From the sequence record PP456877.1: a stretch of DNA of 64,000 bases; one strand, written 5' to 3'. The notes under the pieces were generated by a model. That model did no database searches. It was not told where the DNA came from and saw only the letters and a program-made list of their open reading frames with translations. Positions 52,817 through 62,066 of the stretch are shown here, in pieces. How positions within the stretch are numbered: the stretch's first letter is position 1; each line of letters opens with the position of its first letter. The translations under genes and the position numbers were made by a program.

Positions 52817-53096
52817 CCATATAAAGTGTTGTTATATCGATACACTGTGAAACAGAATGTTTACGTGGAATAAATATTTCATCGATGGTTAAATCATCAT
52901 CAATGGGTTGAATACTTTCTAATCTACCAAATCCATCACAGTTAAATTTAAGTGCTGGATAACCTTCAATACCCATGCTAACCCAACTATTTTTATTTTT
53001 AGTTACATGGTTGAATTTAAAATTACGCATCTTTCCTAGAAATTCAATTGTCCATGTAGCATCCTTCTGTTTCTTCAAATGGTAATATTTATTCAT
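52800..53096 (-). CDS. Hypothetical protein
   Basis: ORF track. Confidence 0.65.
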   Translation of the reverse strand: MNKYYHLKKQKDATWTIEFLGKMRNFKFNHVTKNKNSWVSMGIEGYPALKFNCDGFGRLESIQPIDDDLTIDEIFIPRKHSVSQCIDITTLYMGGQCD

Positions 53097-53174
53097 TAGT
53101 ATTCACCATTATTAAGATTAGTTTCATTCTATTAAATAGATAGGGGGTCTTTAGACCCCCATTTTCATAATTAA

Positions 53175-53594
53175 TTAGAATGCAGAAATGGTCAACTCAT
53201 TGTACTTAACGGCAGCGAGTTTTTCCCAATCTTCTTCATGTTCCATCAAGCATTCAATTACAACATGCATGGACCATGACTCGCCATCAATATTTGCAAA
53301 TACAAAGAAACCATCATCAAGCTCAGTAATGCCACTAATCAGATTATTTTTGATCAGGTAGACCAATTGATCATTAACGATTTTAACTTCATGATCAATG
53401 AGATGGCTGACATATTTGCTAGTGATATCAAACACTTCTTTTGATGAAAGTGACCCATCCCGTTTGACAGCAGTTAGGCTCCAATTAACCAAAGATGGTG
53501 AACACCAATGAAGACCATGCACATTCATCAAAACTGGATGTTTGATATCCATAGCTTTTACAGAATGAGCCCAGTACTTTTCATCAATATACAT
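53175..53594 (-). CDS. Hypothetical protein
   Basis: ORF track; AAGGA RBS. Confidence 0.75.
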   Translation of the reverse strand: MYIDEKYWAHSVKAMDIKHPVLMNVHGLHWCSPSLVNWSLTAVKRDGSLSSKEVFDITSKYVSHLIDHEVKIVNDQLVYLIKNNLISGITELDDGFFVFANIDGESWSMHVVIECLMEHEEDWEKLAAVKYNELTISAF

Positions 53595-53620
53595 TTATAT
53601 TTCCTTTTTTTCCAGATTGA

Positions 53621-53899
53621 TTATTTTATTACAATGCCTTCAGCATTGCGTACTGCTTCTTTAGCAAATTGAACATCTCCAAATACATGTTCAATAAACT
53701 TTGATGCATCTGACCCAGCTACATCGCTTGATAGTAGTTTCACAGTCTTGGTAATCTTACCAGGATAATAGAGGATGATATCCCATCCATCACTTTCTTT
53801 AACAGAGCGAATTTTTAGAATAGGTTCTTCTTTATCAAGGTGTTCAAGACTAACGCCACTTTTGACAGCAGCTTCAAATACTACATCAGAGATAGACAT
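53621..53899 (-). CDS. Hypothetical protein
   Basis: ORF track. Confidence 0.7.
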   Translation of the reverse strand: MSISDVVFEAAVKSGVSLEHLDKEEPILKIRSVKESDGWDIILYYPGKITKTVKLLSSDVAGSDASKFIEHVFGDVQFAKEAVRNAEGIVIK

Positions 53900-53926
53900 A
53901 TTAGTTACCTTCTTGAAAGAAAGCGG

Positions 53927-54160
53927 TCATGCGACCGCATCTTTAATCAGCGAGATAATTCGCGCTGATGGTTCGCGCCAAAATTCAATACGTACATTAT
54001 TGAATTGGCTATCGTGATGCATGAAAGCTGATGATTGCTTTGCAGCATCGTGATTCATAATAGAACGTAGCTGGATAATATTTTTGTCTTTGAGTCGGAT
54101 ACCATCCAGATCAATAACTTTCAGTCCAGAGTTCATAGTTTTTACAGTTACATGTTGCAT
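53927..54160 (-). CDS. Hypothetical protein
   Basis: ORF track. Confidence 0.7.
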   Translation of the reverse strand: MQHVTVKTMNSGLKVIDLDGIRLKDKNIIQLRSIMNHDAAKQSSAFMHHDSQFNNVRIEFWREPSARIISLIKDAVA

Positions 54161-54200
54161 TTACAATTTCCTTTTAGTTGGATTAAAAAATATGAATAAA

Positions 54201-54413
54201 TTACTTCTTCTTCCACACGTTTATTTCTACGATGGAATTACGGTTCATCCGACGGCGGATAGATTTGGCAGCCTTCTCTGTTTCCTCAGTCCAACCACCA
54301 CCATAGATAGTGTGATGTTCATTGATCTGAGTATGAAGGTTATGAGTAGCCATTACGCCACCAAGACCACGTGATTTATAATACTCGATCAATAGATCAG
54401 CTTGGTCATTCAT
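54201..54413 (-). CDS. Hypothetical protein
   Basis: ORF track. Confidence 0.65.
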   Translation of the reverse strand: MNDQADLLIEYYKSRGLGGVMATHNLHTQINEHHTIYGGGWTEETEKAAKSIRRRMNRNSIVEINVWKKK

Positions 54414-54479
54414 GTGTTAACCTTATCGAACGTAGAGATATCCTCACAAGAATGGGAGTTTAGATGATGCTGTAGTTCA

Positions 54480-54618
54480 TCAACTATTCACCAGTTTGAA
54501 ATAATCGACTAATCCATCGGAAATATCGATTGCTTTTCACCGCGTCTACAAACAGATCACGTACTTCACTGAATGTGGCTGCACGCGGTTCACCAGCGCC
54601 TTCGAAATATACAGTCAT
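54480..54618 (-). pseudogene. Internally deleted, frameshifted paralogue of 56553-56927
   Basis: MTVYFEGAGEPRAATFSEVRDLFVDAV, then in another frame AIDISDGLVDYFKLVN. Confidence 0.55.
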
Positions 54619-55034
54619 GGTTTTGCGATAGCCTTGATAAGTTCCAATTCAAGTTGCGCGAGTTCATAATCTGTGATGTCGCGTGAAACACACATGCAAC
54701 GCCCTGGTCGTTTATACCAAGTAATGCAGACATCGCGCCAAATAAGTGCGCCCTCATCTTCACCTGGAATCCTGAATGTTTCAAGTTCATCAGTGTTAAG
54801 AGAAGGGCCACCAGGATGAGGATAAAACCTTTCGTAATCAGTTTCACTATATTTCATCACTAGGTCATATAGTGGTGGTGGGACCATTTTCCAATATGAA
54901 GCTAATTTAATATCCACACTTGGTATAGATGCCCAATACTCTTTTTCAGCCTCATCCATTTCTTCTGGTTTAGGAAGTCCACCAACCAGACAATAAGCAT
55001 ATTTTGCTACTTCAACTAGACGTTTATTTTTCAT
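54615..55034 (-). CDS. Hypothetical protein
   Basis: ORF track; WYKRPGR motif. Confidence 0.7.
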   Translation of the reverse strand: MKNKRLVEVAKYAYCLVGGLPKPEEMDEAEKEYWASIPSVDIKLASYWKMVPPPLYDLVMKYSETDYERFYPHPGGPSLNTDELETFRIPGEDEGALIWRDVCITWYKRPGRCMCVSRDITDYELAQLELELIKAIAKP

Positions 55035-55054
55035 AGTTTGATCCTAATTAAATT

Positions 55055-55585
55055 CTAGAACATCAAAACACCTACATCAGTATCCTTAAGTACTGGTAGG
55101 CTAGTGGTGATGACTAATTTGATATTACGTTTGGCAATTCCTTCACTGGCATTAAGGATAGCTGCCATAACACCATTACCACCTGTGCGTGTACGCACTA
55201 CGTTATCAACATCCTCGGCAATAATAACAGACCCATTTGGAAAATCTCTAATGAGATTAGCAAATTCAGGATGTTCTAAAACATCAGACCGATCAACTAA
55301 ATAAATTTTATCGTCCCAGCCTCGATGATTCAGCATTTCTCTAGTGAGGTTTGACTTACTGGTATCAGGTTTACCAAAAATAGTTAATACATTAGAACTA
55401 GATTCAGAAAATATATTCCAAAGTTCTGCTGGTGTAAAATTGAAGTAAGGATAAAACTTATGGACATCACTAACTGGTTGATATTCTAGGCATGCTTCTA
55501 CAGTTGTAGTCAGTGTACCATTTGCTGTAAGGTGAATCCTCCTAAGATATTTGGATGGTTTATTATTTAAATAATCATTAGGCAT
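55055..55585 (-). CDS. Truncated/degenerate AAA+ ATPase domain
   Basis: GKPDTSKS (broken Walker A), IIAEDVD, AAILNASEG, VITTS; ends before arginine finger. Confidence 0.65.
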   Translation of the reverse strand: MPNDYLNNKPSKYLRRIHLTANGTLTTTVEACLEYQPVSDVHKFYPYFNFTPAELWNIFSESSSNVLTIFGKPDTSKSNLTREMLNHRGWDDKIYLVDRSDVLEHPEFANLIRDFPNGSVIIAEDVDNVVRTRTGGNGVMAAILNASEGIAKRNIKLVITTSLPVLKDTDVGVLMF

Positions 55586-55630
55586 TGTATTTTCCTTTTT
55601 AAATAAATAATTAAATTAACTATAGTGTTA

Positions 55631-55990
55631 TTATTTACCAATAGATACAATTACCTCTTTTAATTTGCCATGGTCATTAATTGCCATTTGACAAGTGGGG
55701 CATGGGTATGCATCCAGTGGCCTACCATCAGCGCCGACACGTGCAACATAGATCCTATATCCTTTTCCCTTGGAGAGGATGATAGAGCGCAACTCACTAT
55801 GCATCTCACAACGTAGATCGGACAATCCTGCTTTTAGAGAATAACGTTTCTGAACAGGATGTGTTTTACCATACATATTTTGGCTTTCACTAATGATCCT
55901 ACCACGTTTATCAGTAATGACTGAATAAACACGTTGACGATGTTTTACATAAGGGATTTCACGACACTTTTCCAAAGCATAGTCCAACAT
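55631..55990 (-). CDS. Zn-dependent cytidine/dCMP-deaminase-fold protein
   Basis: HSE and PCPTC; start MLDYALEK lies downstream of the early promoter. Confidence 0.85.
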   Translation of the reverse strand: MLDYALEKCREIPYVKHRQRVYSVITDKRGRIISESQNMYGKTHPVQKRYSLKAGLSDLRCEMHSELRSIILSKGKGYRIYVARVGADGRPLDAYPCPTCQMAINDHGKLKEVIVSIGK

Positions 55991-56025
55991 AATTGATTTA
56001 CCTATTTGCAATTTAGATAGTTTTA

Positions 56026-56062
56026 TCACATTTGTAATATACTGTTTAAAATGCTTTAAATA
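56026..56062 (-). promoter_or_regulatory. Early promoter
   Basis: TATTTAAAGCATTTTAAACAGTATATTACAAATGTG. Confidence 0.85.
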
Positions 56063-56115
56063 CAAAAAAAATAAAATATAAGCCCTCCCGCAATGGGAGG
56101 GCATTATAATAACTA

Positions 56116-56550
56116 TTACAATTTATTCACCATTTTACTTGGTGTTATAACCCAGTGTAAATTACATTTTATATTTTTATTTTTAAGAGGTATTCCTGAG
56201 ATACACACATCCTCTTTAGTTATGCTAATTTTAAATAAAGCTTCCCATTTATTAGCTGTGATAATTTCATCAACAGTGTGATGGAATTTAAGTGTGTTAT
56301 CTAATACTGAAATATAAAAGTCTTTATTGGGCTGACCTTTAGTTAAATCAATTATTAACCTATTATTTAATTTAGGTGAAAAAGTTGTTAATGTACCATC
56401 TTCATTATTTTCAGATATATAAGAGCAACCAGTAACAATGAAGACATTATCATTTACACTATTGGCATAAATTATTTTTGGGTGTTTAAAAATATTAATT
56501 AGATAAACAATAATTGCTGACAGGATGAGTGCAATCACTATCTCAGTCAT
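56116..56550 (-). CDS. Membrane-anchored protein
   Basis: N-terminal TM helix. Confidence 0.7.
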   Translation of the reverse strand: MTEIVIALILSAIIVYLINIFKHPKIIYANSVNDNVFIVTGCSYISENNEDGTLTTFSPKLNNRLIIDLTKGQPNKDFYISVLDNTLKFHHTVDEIITANKWEALFKISITKEDVCISGIPLKNKNIKCNLHWVITPSKMVNKL

Positions 56551-56552
56551 TA

Positions 56553-56927
56553 TTAACCCCTATTAACAAAGATAAAATAATCTCGTAGTTCACCAGCTAA
56601 ATCTAATGGCTGATAATTATCACTGCCATCATCATAAGGAATATAATCAGCACCTGCTTCCACAGCCGCTAAATATTCTTCCTCACCAACTGCCGGAATT
56701 AAATGAAATGCTGGGCAATCGTCATTATTGCCATCTAGTATATCTAGCATACCTGTAATGACACTATCTGCTACAGCCCTGTCCCGATCAGCTGGTTCTG
56801 TAAATTGATCAAGTTTAGAGTTATTGATAGCGTTATCACGCATATTGACAACACTACTAATAAATAGTTCTTTAACTTGTTCCTGTGTTACAGGTTTAAC
56901 ATTACCATCGCCTTCAAAATAGATCAT
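56553..56927 (-). CDS. Acidic hypothetical protein (LDGN...P.F.LIP...LAG.LR family)
   Basis: Paralogous to C-half of 56972-57658. Confidence 0.75.
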   Translation of the reverse strand: MIYFEGDGNVKPVTQEQVKELFISSVVNMRDNAINNSKLDQFTEPADRDRAVADSVITGMLDILDGNNDDCPAFHLIPAVGEEEYLAAVEAGADYIPYDDGSDNYQPLDLAGELRDYFIFVNRG

Positions 56928-56971
56928 AATTACATACCTTATTATCAGTAGCTGATAAATTTATTAGTTCA

Positions 56972-57658
56972 TTAACGCATTATTCGACTGATATCGCTAG
57001 CTGTTTGTGATTGTATCTTTTCCGCTTTCTCTTTAGCTTTTTCTACTAACATAGCAAGTTGCTCTTGCGTAAAATTACCCGAGTAATACTTAACTGGTTT
57101 CTCACCTGCTAAACTAAGAAAATGGTTCAATAGTGCATGTGGTCCTTTAAAAGGTTCCGTAAATGTCTTAGAAACCTGATAACGTAGATTACCTGCTAAG
57201 TTTACTGCATCATATTGCTTACGGATCTCATCCTTAATATTCTCAGCGGGATTAACTGGCCAGTGATATTCACCAATACTCTTCAGATAATCGGCATCTT
57301 CCTTAGTTGTTGTGGGGATTAATTGGAACCCAGGTATATGACTACTATTACCATCTAACCCATCTGCAAGACTATGAATGAATTTATCAAACATATCACG
57401 AATGGATAACTTATCAGCTGTATCTTGAGATTTAATATAGCACTCTAGCCAATAGTCCCTAAGCATATGGATCCAATTTACAAAGAGAGCTGTTTGTTCA
57501 ATTTTTGTATATTCTCTCGGATCATCTACTTTTTCCCAAGCTTTTTGTTTATTAACTTTAGGAGTCCTAATCTTCTTAACTGGTTGTTCATTTGGTGAAT
57601 CTGAAACTTTCGTTTCAAAACTAATACCCACAATGGTCTTATCGTCTGTGTTGATCAT
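56972..57658 (-). CDS. Hypothetical protein of the same family
   Basis: LDGNSSHIPGFQLIP...NLAGNLR. Confidence 0.75.
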   Translation of the reverse strand: MINTDDKTIVGISFETKVSDSPNEQPVKKIRTPKVNKQKAWEKVDDPREYTKIEQTALFVNWIHMLRDYWLECYIKSQDTADKLSIRDMFDKFIHSLADGLDGNSSHIPGFQLIPTTTKEDADYLKSIGEYHWPVNPAENIKDEIRKQYDAVNLAGNLRYQVSKTFTEPFKGPHALLNHFLSLAGEKPVKYYSGNFTQEQLAMLVEKAKEKAEKIQSQTASDISRIMR

Positions 57659-57885
57659 AGAGCATGAAACCTTTGTGTATAGTTTGGTTTTATGCGTTTA
57701 GTAAACTGTACTGAATGTTCAATGTAATAAATACATTTATCATTAAGCGAATACACAGTGTAATATGGTTTAGCACATACATACCTTATTCCAATGGTAA
57801 TACAGATTTCCCAACCAATACTTGTATATACGTATCCCAGTTGATTAGGCTCTATTTCTAAACAGCGTTTATCTAATCCAACCAT
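57655..57885 (-). CDS. Hypothetical protein
   Basis: ORF track. Confidence 0.6.
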   Translation of the reverse strand: MVGLDKRCLEIEPNQLGYVYTSIGWEICITIGIRYVCAKPYYTVYSLNDKCIYYIEHSVQFTKRIKPNYTQRFHAL

Positions 57886-58325
57886 TGTGGTTTCCTAGGT
57901 ATAGTTCTCAGATATTGAACAAGTAATCGTGCAAACTCATCCATGTCATCTTCGACTAAAATCAATTCATCTAATGTGTACCAACCGTTATCAGTTGTTT
58001 CAATTAGATTGGAATCATCTTTAATTTCTCTATCTAAGATGGCATAAAGTCTGGTTGGTCCAAAATCAGGCTCCTCTATAACACCTAGATGAATTAATGA
58101 ATTCCGATTGCTAGTATTATCTAAAGTAGTTGGTTGAACACTAATATTAACTACTTCTTCTGGAAAATTATAACTATCTAAAATAGCAAAATCAGTTAAT
58201 TGTCTGATGGTCTTTCTAGTGAAGTCATAGACTTTTACGATTGGATGAATGACATAGGTTAACTTATTATTAACTAGGCGTTGTCTCAAGTTAATAAACG
58301 CACAATTATTCATCGACATATTCAT
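57873..58325 (-). CDS. Possible degenerate Nudix-fold protein
   Basis: C-terminal GWYTLDEL...MDEFARLLV; no Nudix box. Confidence 0.4.
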   Translation of the reverse strand: MNMSMNNCAFINLRQRLVNNKLTYVIHPIVKVYDFTRKTIRQLTDFAILDSYNFPEEVVNISVQPTTLDNTSNRNSLIHLGVIEEPDFGPTRLYAILDREIKDDSNLIETTDNGWYTLDELILVEDDMDEFARLLVQYLRTIPRKPQWLD

Positions 58326-58680
58326 GTACCATTTTAATAGTTTCTAAGAATAGTTCTTGGTTATTACTATCGTCTAATTTTAAAATAATCGGATGGCAAG
58401 CAAATCCATTCTCTAATGATACTCGATAATATTCATTGATAGTTTGAATAAAATCAAGAGGCGGATAAATGATAATATCTTTATCCGTTTTGACATAGTT
58501 AACCGCGTTGGGTTCATGTTTGAATTTAGATTTATTTAATTTATAAACAAAGTACTTCTTATCATTCTTATCTACTTGTGATACAAATACAACACGTTCA
58601 TACATTAGTAAATCGATATCTTTACGAATATTGATAGACAATGGCATACCAATAAACGCTCGTTTAGTATCATTATTCAT
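58306..58680 (-). CDS. Hypothetical early protein
   Basis: Follows early promoter at 58718. Confidence 0.7.
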   Translation of the reverse strand: MNNDTKRAFIGMPLSINIRKDIDLLMYERVVFVSQVDKNDKKYFVYKLNKSKFKHEPNAVNYVKTDKDIIIYPPLDFIQTINEYYRVSLENGFACHPIILKLDDSNNQELFLETIKMVHEYVDE

Positions 58681-58711
58681 TTTAGATTACCTATTAAATA
58701 TCTGATGATGT

Positions 58712-58745
58712 ATTAATGTAATATAGATTTCAAAAAAAATTTAAT
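58712..58745 (-). promoter_or_regulatory. Early promoter (variant)
   Basis: TTTGAAATCTATATTACATT. Confidence 0.65.
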
Positions 58746-58782
58746 ATAGAACCCCTCTCCCGAAGGAGAGGGTTTATATCTT

Positions 58783-58896
58783 TTATTTATTTTTCTCTTT
58801 GTAAATATAATAAATATATCCACATAGAATGCCAACTACATATGAAATTGCCATTGCACCAATATAAAAGATCTCTTTTTCAAATTGCATTATCAT
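58783..58896 (-). CDS. Tiny single-TM protein missing from track (37 aa)
   Basis: MIMQFEKEIFYIGAMAISYVVGILCGYIYYIYKEKNK; GAGGA RBS; flanked by terminators. Confidence 0.55.
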   Translation of the reverse strand: MIMQFEKEIFYIGAMAISYVVGILCGYIYYIYKEKNK

Positions 58897-58953
58897 TTCC
58901 TCGATTAATTTATATACATCACAGTATAAAAAGAGGACCCGAAGGTCCTCTAA

Positions 58954-59193
58954 TTATTTCTTGTAACTCTCAGGGCATCCCATTTTGAGTTTGCCATCCT
59001 TTGGGTCTTCGGCGAATAATACTTCATCTGGACACTTCTTAATAGGAGTGCCCTTCGCCTTATCTTCCCATTCTACAACAGGCATTTCTAATTTCTTACG
59101 AAATTGATACGTATCATAAAGAACATACGTAATCATTCCCATAAGAGAGATTACCCATACCCATGCAACAATTAGGATGATTCTAGTTATCAT
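58954..59193 (-). CDS. Membrane-anchored small protein with two Cys
   Basis: N-terminal TM; KCPD...GCP. Confidence 0.7.
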   Translation of the reverse strand: MITRIILIVAWVWVISLMGMITYVLYDTYQFRKKLEMPVVEWEDKAKGTPIKKCPDEVLFAEDPKDGKLKMGCPESYKK

Positions 59194-59560
59194 ACAACTC
59201 CTCGCCGACTATATTGAAACACCCATTACTGAGTTTTTCAGTCAGCATCTCACCAAGATCACTTCCCTCGCTCTTTGCCAAAAGCTTAAGTGCGGGATCA
59301 GTGAGATTTTGGTATATTACATCGACATTATCCAATGCGATATTAATAGCGAGTGCCTTATCACTCTGGTTTTTATCTATGGCAATGGATAGTTCATCTT
59401 GCAGTATTGCATACATCTCCAATGGCTCACCGCCATTAGTGTAGAATTGAACCATATTCTTTGCCAAGCTGTGCAGCACGTAGCAAGATGACACGGTTAC
59501 GGGTTGTGCATTAACCGACATTGCTACCATAGTGATAATGAGCGAGAAGACGTATTTCAT
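59183..59560 (-). CDS. Exported two-Cys helical protein (array member)
   Basis: Signal peptide ending VNA; VSSC ... NGCFNIVGE. Confidence 0.8.
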   Translation of the reverse strand: MKYVFSLIITMVAMSVNAQPVTVSSCYVLHSLAKNMVQFYTNGGEPLEMYAILQDELSIAIDKNQSDKALAINIALDNVDVIYQNLTDPALKLLAKSEGSDLGEMLTEKLSNGCFNIVGEELYDN

Positions 59561-59592
59561 CCTATTTTCCTTTTGAAAGTATTCGATATGAA

Positions 59593-60048
59593 TTAAATGA
59601 GTTCAACAATTACCATGTGAGTGAATTTCTCACCAATATGCTTCATGCAGTAATTGCCATAATACCCGCTGATAAAAGCTGCCAGATTAGGAGTAGTCAC
59701 ATTGTAACCTTGACTACGGATATAATCATGGATCTCTTTACTGTTAAGGTCATTATTGATTTTATTAAGACTATTGAATACGAATGTTAACGCAATCCAA
59801 TTATTGGTATCCAACTCATCTTTGAGTTTAGCAGAGTTGTTGAGCATAAGCACACCAACTTCATCTGCGCTATGACCTTCACTCATTCGAAATACAGCTT
59901 GTTTAGTAATGGTTTCAACCATTGCACACGACTGCACAGTGAGTTGAGCATCTTTTTTACCAATCTTGATTTCAGCCATTGCGGTATTGAACATGATACC
60001 GGTAATGGCAATGAGACCAGCGAAAGCTGCTGCAATTACATTTTTCAT
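59593..60048 (-). CDS. Exported two-Cys helical protein (array member)
   Basis: Signal peptide ending AMA; LTVQSC ... NYCMKHIGEKF. Confidence 0.8.
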   Translation of the reverse strand: MKNVIAAAFAGLIAITGIMFNTAMAEIKIGKKDAQLTVQSCAMVETITKQAVFRMSEGHSADEVGVLMLNNSAKLKDELDTNNWIALTFVFNSLNKINNDLNSKEIHDYIRSQGYNVTTPNLAAFISGYYGNYCMKHIGEKFTHMVIVELI

Positions 60049-60065
60049 TTTAAATCCTTCTTCAT

Positions 60066-60449
60066 TTATTTAATGGTAAGAATAGTAATTTTTTCAGGAT
60101 TTACTGGAACTTTAATTTTAGATTTATGTTGGAGAAACTCAACAACCACCATAGACTTATCCATTTTATACACTTCACATACTTTGACAAGCCTATCTAC
60201 TACGCAACCAATTTTACCGGCATTTTGAGAAAAGAAAGATTTTGCTTTTCTAATAGCCTCGCGTTTCTCAAGCATTTCCATACGCATATTTTCAATATGT
60301 TTATCGCGTTGAACACGATTAAACTTACGCATATGTCGTTCGATCTTACTAATTTCAGAAGAGTGTAATGAATAAGCAGCAGCTTCTTTCAGTTTCTCAT
60401 ATACTTCCACTGCCATTACCACGTGATCATCTTCAAAATTTCTTTTCAT
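60066..60449 (-). CDS. Hypothetical protein, coiled coil plus beta C-terminus
   Basis: ORF track. Confidence 0.7.
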   Translation of the reverse strand: MKRNFEDDHVVMAVEVYEKLKEAAAYSLHSSEISKIERHMRKFNRVQRDKHIENMRMEMLEKREAIRKAKSFFSQNAGKIGCVVDRLVKVCEVYKMDKSMVVVEFLQHKSKIKVPVNPEKITILTIK

Positions 60450-60462
60450 ATCTATGCCTTTT

Positions 60463-61257
60463 TCACTGTTTGATTAAATTTGACACTGCTTCTTGTTTAC
60501 ATTGAGTATTCATCCATAATGCAATGTCTTTGGGTTCTTGTCCAGTTTCCACCATATCGATAATGATACGGGTATTACGTTGTGCTTTCTCACGGGCATT
60601 TAACATATCAGGATCATTAATAATGAATTCCCTACCCATAACTGGATCTAATCCAATATAAGCTTTAGATGCAATAGTTCTCACCATTGCTTCATATTGG
60701 TCACATCCACGTTCAGTTAATACAAGGTTATCTGCATTGGCACTACCGCCAAATAGCAAACCTAGGAATCCATAGAAAAAAGTGTGACGTATTGTCTTCC
60801 AACAAATACGCATCTCTTCATTTTTTGTATAAAGCTTTTCCCAATCAAACATTAAATAGAAACTTTCTTTTTGGATAGAAGGGTGTAACCAAATAGGTTT
60901 AATACTTACTTCAAGAAGTTTACTATTTGGATTTTTACCAATAAAGATAACTTCAACAATGGCTCGTGCTAAAGCATCTTTTTCTTTACCATTCCATCCA
61001 AATTTTATTTCATCAGCCGTGATATAAAGACGTATTCCGTCACCCACGTATTTGGGTAACCAAACAGCTTTACCTAGTTGCATTGGAACACTATTAGGGA
61101 TCCCCCCAACCATCCAGGTAGCATTGGTGAAATGAATAGCGACATCATCATTTAACCACTTTAGAATAGCTGGCCTTACCCAGCTATCTACCAAATTACC
61201 ACATGTCAATGCAGCTAGCATAGCCATGAGTATAATGACAATATAAATACTAACCAT
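60463..61257 (-). CDS. Membrane protein fused to an array-type two-Cys domain
   Basis: N-terminal TM; internal signal-like FLGLLFGGSANA then LTERGC ... TQC. Confidence 0.7.
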   Translation of the reverse strand: MVSIYIVIILMAMLAALTCGNLVDSWVRPAILKWLNDDVAIHFTNATWMVGGIPNSVPMQLGKAVWLPKYVGDGIRLYITADEIKFGWNGKEKDALARAIVEVIFIGKNPNSKLLEVSIKPIWLHPSIQKESFYLMFDWEKLYTKNEEMRICWKTIRHTFFYGFLGLLFGGSANADNLVLTERGCDQYEAMVRTIASKAYIGLDPVMGREFIINDPDMLNAREKAQRNTRIIIDMVETGQEPKDIALWMNTQCKQEAVSNLIKQ

Positions 61258-61260
61258 ATT

Positions 61261-61620
61261 CTACTCCAAGTTAAATTTAGTACCAATTGCTTCAACACAG
61301 TTTTCAGCTAGCCTATCTAGAATAGCTCCATTGGTAAATCCTTTTCGTTTATTTACGCGAATATCAACTAAGTTTAATTTAGCATATACGGTACCTGCAT
61401 AGAACTCTAAGTCATCCATATCCTTACGAGAGATCATATCTAACTGCATCATTATCTCAAATTGGGATAGGTTCTTATCATAAAGCTCAGTTGCTTTTTG
61501 TGAAAGATTTACTGCCACATTACATGATTTCTTAGTAATACCCACTTCTACAGCGTGGGCAGGCTGACATGCAATGGACAGGATTGGCAGGAAAAGGAAT
61601 AATAGCCAATTCTTAAGCAT
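61261..61620 (-). CDS. Exported two-Cys helical protein (array member)
   Basis: Signal peptide ending AHA; ITKKSC ... ENCVEAIGTKF. Confidence 0.8.
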   Translation of the reverse strand: MLKNWLLFLFLPILSIACQPAHAVEVGITKKSCNVAVNLSQKATELYDKNLSQFEIMMQLDMISRKDMDDLEFYAGTVYAKLNLVDIRVNKRKGFTNGAILDRLAENCVEAIGTKFNLE

Positions 61621-61632
61621 GTTGTACCTCCA

Positions 61633-62040
61633 TTATTTTAGAGTAAGTGGTTTTGCTTCAAACGCACCTGCCGCTACACAACGCTGGAAATAACCATCAA
61701 TGATGAATTTCTCAGGAGTGGTCTTATAGACTTTAGCAGCATTTGTTGCACGTGGCAAACTTGCCTCAATTGCCATTTTATCTACCTTAGACCATAGGTA
61801 AAATAGACCAGTGAGTTCTTCAACTTTAGACTGGTTGGTCTTTAGATCTTTAGTGTTATTAAGGATATAATGAATCCTTTCATAAGTCTTCATTTGCACT
61901 TCAGTTACAGATGCACCTTTTACAAACAATTCATCTGCCTGTTTTACAAACTCGATGCATGAATCACGATTAGTGTACATGACAGCCGAGTTAGCAGTGA
62001 TAGTTACAATAGACAACATAAATACAATTACATATTTCAT
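61633..62040 (-). CDS. Exported two-Cys helical protein (array member)
   Basis: Signal peptide ending ANS/A; NRDSC ... QRC. Confidence 0.75.
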   Translation of the reverse strand: MKYVIVFMLSIVTITANSAVMYTNRDSCIEFVKQADELFVKGASVTEVQMKTYERIHYILNNTKDLKTNQSKVEELTGLFYLWSKVDKMAIEASLPRATNAAKVYKTTPEKFIIDGYFQRCVAAGAFEAKPLTLK

Positions 62041-62066
62041 AATGAATTACCTCAAAATTAATTTTA

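Noticed and set aside
55991-56104. N-terminal extension of the deaminase ORF in the track
   Set aside because: Spans a terminator and the early promoter; the real start is at 55990.
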